DNA of 64,000 nt from Eledone cirrhosa (GCA_964016885.1 OZ024740.1:170562001-170626000), one strand, 5' to 3'. Positions 23,101 through 32,984 are shown, counted from the stretch's first letter. Notes: a model not told the origin generated them from the sequence alone. Program-made: numbers and translations.

Positions 23101-23583
23101 TGCTACCGGGGGGCGCTGCCGGTTCGGGATAAACTCTACAGGCACGGAAGTGCTGTCAGACGAACCTGCCCGAGATGCGCGCAGAGCGACGAAACCGTTC
23201 TGCACGCACTCGTCCAGTGTCCGTGCATTGCTGACTTGTGGGGTTATGTCGAACAGCTATTGTCGCGTGTAGAACGGATCCGGCTATCGTCCGAGTCCAT
23301 AGTGAAGATTGACCCGCCGCCTTCTTTTGGTCAGGAAGGGCAGGCAATTTTCCTCTGCCTGGTGGCAGTAGCGAAAGAGGTTGGATGGTGGACCAGGTTG
23401 AAAGGACTGAAGACAGACACTTTTCTCTTCGGCCAATCCCTCATCAACTTCTTCAAGTTTCACTTGGAAAGGAAGGTGAGGGTGGAGAGAGAAGTGCTGC
23501 CCCCCAGTACATTTACTGAAAGGTGGGTGAATGTGGCGAGAATGGCCCGCGTGAGTGGGCCTACTCTGATCATGCGCCTGTAG
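20164..23583 (+). CDS. Tx1 ORF2: APE endonuclease, reverse transcriptase, C-terminal zinc finger, 1139 aa
   Basis: SLNVRG, ISETR, IGDWN, YIDRIF, SDH; NFRPITLLN, DQSKAFDRV, QGCPLS, YADD; CPRCAQSDETVLHALVQC. Confidence 0.95.
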   Translation: MAIRVGSLNVRGLGSPWKQGHLLNDLRSLGMDVIAISETRISDTRALAPIFDDYQIFASVSRPGMGGGVAVLFRKCLDLEVRSIFRDPDGKLVVLDVSNSEGGAFRLVAVYAPTGAGRPDFFRRLENFLLTSRPLLLIGDWNGILEARWDCVGVSDRSGGCKSLKYLISQFQLSDRYRLDFPNAPVWTWTNRIGSSRSYIDRIFIRKRDRNSVGCPHFKTVAYSDHKLVICMVDLDKTRRLGPSYWKLNMSFPARKAYRDRVNNLVKQKLTGGVVNNRWWGALKREIRATSIGFSKEVAIEKNRKEEGLIAKLDEAICSGIATDVLAARMALDHFFNAKHEGCIVRAKARALGNEGTKAARWARFAETQRGNKTTIRSLTDRDGHELSDSKQMCEAFRQHFARLFGRMGESETAADFSPYLDGLPRLSTADAERCEEPITSVEIQDALVGCSSRKSPGLDGLPYELYVNMPDLFSDLLEALYCNWQQNGSIPSSVSRGVVTLIRKDENKRDTLDNFRPITLLNTEFKILAKVLAKRLALVVKDLVGEAQTCSIPTRSIHDNLHLMRYIIERVGCKPGFGGALINLDQSKAFDRVDHRYLEAVLEAAGFGPVFRSWIAAMYSGICSVVKVNGHLSEPFQISRSVCQGCPLSSLLYVLTLEPLLRKLELLQGIPLEPGRRKAASAYADDITVMVSDTSEIEVIRTHLEEYERLTGAKLNPEKSVGLQLGTWRGKSMPSNSVVGRWTDGPVKLLGVWFGPDLQVDKNWDEVTSRIANLTQKWAERKLSLKGRAKVANAYIASVIYYRLTVVPCPRPRLANLERLLFKFLWRGRVPLVRRSICCQHPLRGGLGMPWLMMRRHALRLRHLQIFCLNGEQVWSPFVRRAFPQLISLTELQSWVKKRPRLGDWHLECCQALTALCKVGNAVSGTSTQDFYRGLVEGKCDDVLGEALGVNEVELTSMFRRTFEPGTMDNFQKSLAWQCYRGALPVRDKLYRHGSAVRRTCPRCAQSDETVLHALVQCPCIADLWGYVEQLLSRVERIRLSSESIVKIDPPPSFGQEGQAIFLCLVAVAKEVGWWTRLKGLKTDTFLFGQSLINFFKFHLERKVRVEREVLPPSTFTERWVNVARMARVSGPTLIMRL

Positions 23584-24081
23584 GCTGGTGAATTCGAGAA
23601 GGAGAGGGGTGCCCTTCCCGGGTGCCCTAGGAGCGTCGGGTGGCTCAGGACTGGTGGGGTGCTTGAGTCAACCCTGGGTGGTGATCCCTCTTATTGGGGA
23701 ACTTTCATTGTTGTATTTTTATTGTTATTTTGTTTTTTTTGTTATTTATACTTACTCGATCTCTATGTAAACCCCCACTGTCCCTGTCTATTGTGTTGTC
23801 CCCTATATGTCGGCCCTTGTGGCCAATAAATGAAATCATTATTATTATTATTATTATTGTTGTTGTTGTTGGTGAAGCCACGCTTCTTATCGCCTCCAAT
23901 TTTTTTCAAAGTTTTACCTCTTTTTCAACCGTTCTAAATCTTTTATTCAAGTTTTAAATTTGATAAAGGTTTAGAAGAAGTGACCCACCTAATGCAGAGG
24001 TTCACTAGTAAATAATACGGCACCCCTTTATAGGGTGTCGTATTCGTATTTGTGTAAAAATATTTTTTGAAAAATTTCAAC

Positions 24082-26240
24082 ATGGATAACACAAGAAAGA
24101 GAAAGAGCGCTGTCCGACAACATAGAGAGAGGGAGACTTTATCAGCATGTCAACAAGACAGCGTTCCAGCGGAGGTAAATATAAACGAAAATATTACAAA
24201 GGAAAAAAAGATTGTTACAGATTTAAAATTAACAAATATTTCTAACACAAACAACACCAACAATAACACCAACAACAACACCAACAACAACACCAACAAC
24301 AACAGCAACAACAAAAATAACAGCGGTATGGTCGAGAACGTCAATAACAAAAATAACAGCGGTAAGGTCGAGAACGACAATAACAAAAATAACAGCGGTA
24401 AGGTCGAGAACGACAATAACAAAAATAACAGCGGTAAGGTCGAGAACGACAATAACAAAAATAATCAGGCGGTAAGGTCGCGAACGACAATAACAATGAC
24501 AATAACAACAGCCACAACAACAATAATAGTAGGAACAGTATCAACAAAAACAACAATAATAACAACAGCCACAATAACAGTAACAACAGCAACAGTATCA
24601 ACGAAAACAACAACAACAACACCAACAACTGTACCAGCCAAAACAACAACAATGACACCGATACCTGTAATAGCGACCTCAGCACCACCAGTAAGACCAG
24701 TAGCGGCAGCAGTATTGGTGCTGCTGAAAAAGGGACCCTTTCTTTTGCAGGTGTCGCCCGAAATATCGAGACAGTCTTAGTCACAGAGGAGGAGATGGCA
24801 GTCGCAAGGGCCATGGTGACAGGAAGCTCAAATAGAGTTTCCCTGAAACCTCCACCCGATTTTTTCAAGAACTAGCAGCTATGGACGGTGACTTACCGCA
24901 CCGTAAGCAAAATCTCACATCGAGTGGAGAGAGCCACGGAGGCTAAAATCCAAAAGGCCTTGGGGTGCGTCTGGGTACGCAAAACCCACATCACTCGAGG
25001 CAGAAAGTACGCCACAGTAGACGTACTTTTCGCCACCCTCCAGGAAGCAAAGTCTCACTCTTTGGAAACCCTAAAGAGTGAGGAGATAGTCTTGGTGTCC
25101 TCCTACTGCGGGCAAAACATTGTGAGGGTCAAAGTGACCCAGGTCCCACCCGACGTGCCCATACCTTGGCTGGCCGCGTCTGTCCTTGCTGGAATTGAGA
25201 ACAGGGCGACCATGCTGCAAGTAGAAAAAATAGGGAGAGAGTACTGGTCGGGTATAGGCATACAAATGCTTATACAAACTGACCAGGAATGTATCGAGGC
25301 TATCCCCGATATCATAGACATCGAGGAAGGACTCCAACTCCCTATAAGTGTAGAAGGAAGACGGCCAAAATGTTATCTCTGTGGGTCGAAGGGTCACCTC
25401 AGGGCCTTTTGCCCACAGAAGAGAGCGAAGAGGGCCCTTCTCCTTCCAATACCTGGTCCGCTGCTACCAAGAGCAGGACAGGCAATAAACGAAGAAGCCC
25501 TTCCACGGTGAGTAGGAGGGCAACGTCCGTAGCACCCGTACCAAGGCCACGGACAACTAAAGCAGCATCATCAGTAGCGGCAACACCAATAGCTACATTT
25601 GAAGTAGCTACACCAGCAACAAAATTGCCAAGAGGGATCCACTACCACCACCAACAGGCGTGGAGCACATACCCCTCCCAGACGCCACAGAATCCTACAT
25701 GGAGTTTGAGGCGGGAGTGAAGTGGAAAACGGTCTGCCACAAAAAACAAAAAAACAAAAAAAACCTTAGATTCACCCTCCAAAAGCGAAGGCATACAAAG
25801 AGGGGTAAAGGCAGCAAGGAAACTTGCAGCAACACCACCACCATCACCACCACAAACACCAACAACGCAAACAAAACAAGACACACACACCAAACAGCAG
25901 CAAGAAAAAAAACAACAACAAAATCACCCCTCCCCCAAAAAAGTACACAGCCATAAACATGGCAAAAAAAGAACTCATAAAATATATAAAGCAGCACACA
26001 GACATCACAGGAAAAAACTACTACACCCCACCAACACCAAGAACTCTCCCGACAAACATAAGCATCATCGAAATCTCAATAGAACAGTACAAACCTTTAA
26101 AACAAAAATTCCCCAACGCAGTTGGAGACTTCAGAGGGACGGTTACCAAGAGGATATACACTGAGATCCTCTTGGAAACACCCATGACCTGCGAAAGGGA
26201 CAGTTCTACTGTCCCTTCACCACACGAACAAGGTAAGTGA
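24082..26240 (+). pseudogene. Tx1 ORF1 of element C, frameshifted
   Basis: Fragments 24888-25511 (CYLCGSKGHLRAFC knuckle) and 25824-26240 align with ORF1 of A. Confidence 0.85.
24340..24482 (+). repeat. 36-bp tandem repeat (about 4 copies) in ORF1 of C
   Basis: aataacaaaaataacagcggtaaggtcgagaacgac unit, encoding NNKNNSGKVEND. Confidence 0.9.
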
Positions 26241-26272
26241 CCCTTTCTCATTTGCCCCGTTTCTCATCCAAC

Positions 26273-29200
26273 ATGTCCGTACTCTGAAGAGTCAGTATAA
26301 ATGCACGTGGCCTGGGGTCATCTTGGAAGCAGGGTCACCTGCTCAACGACGTCAGGTCACTAAACATAGATGTGGTGGCCATCAGTGAAACCAGAACCTC
26401 CGAAGCACAAGCCTTCGCACCGATCTTCGGCGGCTACGATGTATACGCATCTCCGAGCCGTCCAGGATCGGGAGGAGGGGTTGCCGTCCTTTTTCGGAGA
26501 AGCTTGGATCTCGCGATACGGGCCATCTTCCTAGACCCAGAAGGTAAGTCGGTGGTGCTGGACGTGACCGGCAGCGAAGGCAATGCTTTCAGGTGAGTAG
26601 CCGTCTACTCCCCAACAGGGGCAGAACGGCCAGATTTCTTCAGACGGCTAGAGACCTTTCTTGGAACGTCCCGCCCTTTAGTATTAGTGGGCGACTGGAA
26701 CGGTATCTTGGATGCACGCTGGGATTGTGTGGGGTTAGTGGATAGGGGAGGAGGGTGCAAGAGCCTCACCAACCTGCTCAGACGTTTTGAACTGTCTGAC
26801 AGGTATCGACTGGATCACCCGAATATGCCAATGTGGACATAGACAAACCGCACCGGGTCATCCAGATCGTGTCTCGATAGGGTATTCTGCAGAGAACTAG
26901 ATAAGGCTAGTATAAGTTGTCCACAATTTAAAATAGTCGACTACACAGACCACAAATTTGTCATCTGTGAGATCGACATAGACAGACTTCATAGACAAGG
27001 GCCCGGTTACTGGAAGCTGAACGCGTCTTTCCCGGCGCGCAAAGCCTACAGAGAGCGGATTAGCGTATTAGTTAAGCGGGCGTTGACGGAAGCGGTCGTC
27101 AACAACAGGTGGTGGTTCGCCCTGAAAAGGGCAATTAAAGTAGAGTCGATTAGGTTTAGCAAAGGAGTAGTGATAGAGGAAATAGAGTAGAAGGAGAGCT
27201 AGTCAGAAAGCTAGAAGAGGCGTTTAAGACAGGCACCGCAACTGACGTGCTTGCGGCGAGATTGGCACTCGACCAATTCTTCAACGCAAAGCACGAAGGC
27301 TGCGTTGTCAGAGCTAGAGCGCGTGCTCTGAAACACGAGGGCACAAAAGCCGTCCAATGGGCCCGGGTGGCAGAGGCGCGACTGGCAACAAGTCCACAAT
27401 TCAGTCTTTGTCTGACCAAAACGGGTGCGTGTTGCTCGAACCCAAGCAGATGTGAAGCTTTTCAGCAGCACTTTGTTCGGGAGCAGCGGCGGCCCGGATC
27501 AGGCATGGAATTCAGTGCATGCCTCAACGGTCTGCCTCGGTTCTCGACGACCGCAGCACAGTGTTGCGAAAAGCCAATAACAGCCGGTGAAATACGGGAA
27601 GCGATGGCTAACTGCACGAGGGGTAAATCGCCAGGTTCGGAATGTCTGCCCTACGAGCTTTATGCATTTATGCCAGACTTGTTCGGTGACCTCTTGGCAG
27701 ACGTCTACTGCAACTGGCAGCAGAACGGGAGCATTCCCAGTTTTGTGAGCCGGGGAGCGGTGGCGCTGCTGAGAAAAGAGCCGAACAAGGGGGGCGTTAT
27801 CGATAATTTCAGGTCCATAACCCTGCTAAACGCAGAATTCAAGATTTTGGCCAAGGTGTTAGCAACTGGGTTGGCGCTTGTTGTCAAGGGTCTGGTGGGA
27901 GAGGCGCAGACATGCGCCATTCCGGACAGTTCCATACACGACAACCTCCACCTAATGCGATACATCATAGAGAGGGTGGTTAAGGAACCTGGCACGGGTG
28001 GGGCCCTGATCAACTTGGCGGCGGTCCTCGAGGCAACCGGTTTCGGGCCCCTTGTCAGGGGTTGGATCGCTGCCATGCACAGCGACATCTGCTCTGTGGT
28101 GAGAGTGAACGGTCACCTTTCTGAACCGTTCAACATCATGCGCTCGGTCCGCCAAGAATGGCCCCTCTCGCCCCTCTTGTACGTATGGCTCTCGAGCAAT
28201 TACTGCACAAACTGGAGACGTTGAGGGAGTCCCGCGCGAACTAGGATGCGGAAGTCCGTATCAGCATATGCGGACGATGTCACCGTAGTGGTGTCGAACG
28301 CCAAACACATCGAGGCGATCAGCACTACACTAAGAGAATACGAAGCGGTGACAGGAGCAATGATCAACCAGGAAAAGTCAGTGGGCCTGCAGCTCGGCAC
28401 CTCCAGAGGCAGGTCCATCCCGTCCAACAGCGTCGTCAGGCGCTGGACGGACGGACCGGTTAAATTGCTAGGGGTCTGGTTCGGTTCGAACCTCCAGACG
28501 GACAAAAACTGGGACGAGGTGACGAGCAGGGTGGCTTCTCTCACCCAGAAATGGGCGGAGAGGAAGCTGTCCCTGGAAGCTCGAGCGGAGGTGGCTAACG
28601 CGTACATCGCGTCCGTCATCTACTACCGCCTGACCGTCGTACCTTGTCCTAATCCCCGCCTGACTGCGCTGGGGCGTTTGCTCTTTCACTTTTTTGTGGA
28701 AGGGACGCGCTCCGATGGTCAGGCGGTCCATCTGCTGTCAACACCCGCTACGTGGAGGGCTGGGCATGCCGTGGCTGATGATGCGCAGACACGCGCTCAG
28801 GCTACGACATCTCCACCTCTTCCTCGACGGTGATCAGGTGTGGTCGCCGTTTTCTAGACGCGTCTTTCCCCAGCTCGTCTCCTTGACGGAGTTGCAGTCC
28901 TGAATCAAGCGAAGATCAAGAGGGTACGCTTGGAGACTGGGATGTCTTCAGGCGCTCACAGCCCTCGACCAATCGGGCAATGTGATCGGTGGAAACTCCA
29001 CCTTGGCGTTCTATAGAGGATTAGTGGAGGGGAAGAGCGACGACGTACTTGGAGAAGCTCTAGGCGTCGACGAAAATCAACTAGCCAATCTCTTCGGAAG
29101 AACATTCGGGCCGAGCCTATGGATAACTTCCAGAAATCCCTGGCCTGGCAGTGCTACCGAGGAGCTTTGCCAGTTCGGGATAACCTCTACAGGCATGGAG

Positions 29201-29634
29201 GTGCCGTCAGCCGGGCATGTCCGAGATGCGCGCAGGGCGACGAAACCGTCCTGCACGCACTCGTCCAGTGTCCGAGCATTGCTGACATGTGGGTTTATGT
29301 CGAACACCTGTTGTCACGTGTAGGACGGATCCAGCTATCAGCTGAGTCCATCGTGAGGATTGCCCCGCCCTCTTCCTTTAGCCGGAAATGGCAGGCAGTT
29401 TTATCTGTCTGGTGGCCATGGCGAAAGAGATAGTATGGTGGACACGTTTGAAAGGGCTGAAGACGAGCACTTACCTCTTCGGTGATGCCCTGATTAACTT
29501 TTTTCAAATTTCATTTGAAAAGGAAAATCAGGGTAGAGAGGGAAGTGCTCTCTTCCCAGCATTTTGATGAAAGATGGGTGAGAGAAGCAACTATGTCCCG
29601 AGTGAATGGGTCTACTCTGAGTATGTGTCTGTAA
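26273..29634 (+). pseudogene. Tx1 ORF2 of element C, multiple stops and frameshifts
   Basis: Fragments align with ORF2 of A (ISETR, YADD, CPRC). Confidence 0.9.
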
Positions 29635-29922
29635 ATTAAAGGTGGAAAACTGGGAGAGGGCACTTGCCCTGGTGGTCAGGGTCACTGTGGCCTTTTAATG
29701 GGCTTTCTCCACAAATGTCCCTCGGTAGTCACCCCCTATTGGGGAATTTTTCATTGTTATTTTTTTGTTACATCCTCTGTTTTTTGTTTTTTCTTACACG
29801 CAGAAATGCCCATTTGTACCGTCCTGTATTGTCCTGTACTGTCCTTAATGTATACTTTATGTAGACCCTTGTGGTTAATAAAGAAAGCATTATTATTATT
29901 ATTATTATTATTACTATTATTA

Positions 29923-30164
29923 GGGCGGTTGGTTGGCAGTATCGGTAGAGGGTCGGACGCCATGCTTTGCAGCATAGAGTTACGGCCCTTTATGATCTGA
30001 GTTCACATTCCGCCGAGGTTAACTTTGCCTTTCATCCTTACTGGGTCGATAAAATAATGTACCAGTTTCGCACTGAGTCGATTTAATCGACTTTCCCCTC
30101 CCCCAAAATTGCTGGCCTTGTGCCTATATAAGAAACCATTATTATTATTATTATTAATATTATT
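29923..30164 (+). mobile_element. Full-length tRNA-derived SINE (family 1) with (ATT)n tail
   Basis: A-box-like TGGCAGTATCGG and B-box-like GAGTTCACATTCC. The central ctttcatcctt..gggtcgataaaat..gtaccag resembles the MetaSINE-type core (recalled, not verified). Confidence 0.85.
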
Positions 30165-30400
30165 GGGGGTGATGGAGTGGCAGTATCGGTAGAGCGTCGG
30201 AAAATATGCTTTGTGGGATAGAGTTATGTCCCTTTACGTTGTGATTTTAAATCCCGCCGAGGTTAGCTTTGCCTTTCATCCTTTCGTGGTCGATAAAATT
30301 AAGTACCAGTAATGCATAGGAGTCGATTTGATTGACTTTCCCCTCCCTTTCAAATTGCTGGCCTTGTACCTAAATTAGAAACAATTTTTTTATGATTATT
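30165..30400 (+). mobile_element. Second tandem SINE family 1 copy
   Basis: Same head, core and tail; begins right after the previous ATT tail. Confidence 0.85.
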
Positions 30401-30404
30401 CGTT

Positions 30405-30920
30405 GTTGAACTGTTTTTTGTGAGCTCCGTCAGTTGGTTAATTTTCAAGTTTTTTGCAGTCAATTAATTTTGTATTTTTTTTTTTAACAAAGGGGTCATA
30501 AGAAACCAGTCTTTGCCCTGTGTAAAGGTGACCCCATATTATTTGGACTATGGACCCAAAAAGTAGAACTTTATTTTATTTGAAAATTTCTTTTCTTCAA
30601 AAAACATGGACATGGTCGCCCCCAGCATTGAGCCTACTGTCACGTGACAGCAGGCACAAACGTTGAGATGAGGGGTACCCCCCCCACCCTAATCACCGTT
30701 ATGAACAATGTAAAAATGACAACCACAACATGCAACGTTACCGACAACAACACCATCAACGAAATTAGCAACACCACCACCAACAATAACAATGTGAATA
30801 ATATCAGCATTAACGGCAACAACAAGAACATCACAAATAAAAATAAACAACTATTGATATACGTAAGAGGCAGAGTGTTCATAGTAGTACTAAGGAGCAG
30901 GAACGAAGTAACAATATAAC
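30405..30920 (+). mobile_element. 5' fragment of a fourth Tx1 element (D), related to B
   Basis: 5'UTR blocks gagctccgt and cccaaa..gaactttatttt..tcaaaaaacATGG match 18011-18227, followed by an AAC-rich ORF1 start. Confidence 0.7.
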
Positions 30921-31157
30921 ACACACACATATATATATATGCATATATTTATATACAACTAAACTAAGAAAAAGTTATCGCTCTACATGGCTGAATCATC
31001 GCAGTTTACTGTTCACGTGCCAACTGTCAGAGCTAGTGAAAATATATGATATTTTCTAAAATATATAGTGACTGAATAGTCAGATTTGCATATCAGCAGA
31101 TAGGCCAGTCAGTTTCATGTATACGAGCAATTAATGGCAGTGGGCTGGTGAAGAGTA

Positions 31158-31206
31158 AACTGCACTGATGAAGGGTAATCACCCCAAAACATTAGTGTCT
31201 GCAGTT
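31158..31206 (+). ncRNA. Type I hammerhead ribozyme motif with GAAA->AAAA lesion
   Basis: Perfect 7-bp stem I AACTGCA/TGCAGTT, CTGATGA, stem II GGGT/ACCC, stem III ACA-ttag-TGT, GTC triplet. Confidence 0.65.
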
Positions 31207-31331
31207 CTGTTTACATGCCAACAGAAGAGCAAGAATGAGGGGCTCATTCTACTGACATGGCTTAAAAAGAGGGTGTTTGCATAATTGCAAACGAATCGAA
31301 TATTATTATTAATATTCGAAAATCTCAGATT

Positions 31332-31383
<52 letters not shown>

Positions 31384-31420
31384 GAACATATATATATATA
31401 TGAACATATATATATATATG

Positions 31421-31507
<87 letters not shown>

Positions 31508-31935
31508 CCACTTCCAGGCAAACGTCTTTGACCATTACACTAAAAGATTGATATTATTATAGCTATCAAGTATTCGTTAACAGCATTGTGGCAACTATAT
31601 TTCCAAATTTCAAATTTCCCAATGCTTCATAACCTCAACGAAAGTTTGAGTAATTAAACTGTGGTCACATGACATAGACCCGAGATACATGTGTGTTACC
31701 TGTAAGCGACTCAGGCAAGTAGTCCGTTTAAGTGTTAAGAGATGATTTTACCTGTAGATGGAGCTCTATACCATGTGCTATTTTGCAATGCAATCAGACA
31801 TACTATCAGCTCAGCTGATTGTTATTTAGCGGCATGTTTTATTAAAAAAGTAAAATCAAACAATGCGAGAATGCCAAATAGATCAACAAAAACACAAACA
31901 AAACAATACATTCAATATATACATGTATATATATG

Positions 31936-32119
<184 letters not shown>

Positions 32120-32133
32120 ATATATATATACAG

Positions 32134-32177
<44 letters not shown>

Positions 32178-32263
32178 TACGTATCGCGGGTTCAATCGAG
32201 TGCAACCACAGTAAGTAAGGTACTCAATACATAGCAGAGTATAAAATTTATATATATATGCAT

Positions 32264-32373
<110 letters not shown>

Positions 32374-32377
32374 TGTG

Positions 32378-32411
<34 letters not shown>

Positions 32412-32984
32412 GTAACGTGCAGTTACAGTACGTCCACCAGAGTGACACACTGGATGCGTAGTTTCCACTAAGTATAAAGGTGCAGAACTAAGTAGACAGC
32501 CGATGTGCTGGAGTTGGCCCAGTATATATTTTTTAACAACTTATTTTATCGATGTTTAGTAGTTTGTTTGGAGTACTGTGTAAAGTGTAGATAACAGTGT
32601 TTTGTTTGAAGGCTACCGTAATTGGACGGTAAATGGTAGAAATATGATGATATCAATGATATAGATCCGTATATTTCACGATAAATTGTCTTCGTCATAT
32701 AATTAGTAGAACAAACTATTTTAGAGCGGTATAGTTTTGGCGGTCTTAAGCTGCCAGTTGATAGTGTGTCTGATTGTCTTGTAAATTGCTTTAGGATACC
32801 GAGCTCAGTCTACAAGTAAATCCATCGTTTAACCCTTAAAGAACATAATTGTCCTGTCTGAATACGTGTAATATGTAGAGTTTTTGGATACGTGGCATAT
32901 TACCTTAGTATAATTATTCAAACATTACATGACAATAGTTGTGGATGGTGTCGACATAAATCACTTCATTCTAAGGCTTAAGTG

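Larger units (their letters stand above)
18011..23870 (+). mobile_element. Full-length L1/Tx1-clade retrotransposon, element B (intact ORFs)
   Basis: Starts right after the tail of A. AATAAA at 23825-23830, (ATT)n(GTT)n tail 23838-23870. Confidence 0.93.
23871..29922 (+). mobile_element. Full-length but degenerate Tx1 element C
   Basis: Starts right after the tail of B. AATAAA at 29877-29882, (ATT)n tail 29889-29922. Confidence 0.9.

Noticed and set aside
12285-23347. Antisense and alternative-frame ORFs within Tx1 elements
   Set aside because: Shadows of GC-rich coding sequence or of repeats. Their recurrence between copies follows from sense-strand homology.
11940-30164. Target-site duplications for the Tx1 elements
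   Set aside because: They cannot be distinguished from the surrounding (TTA)n repeats.
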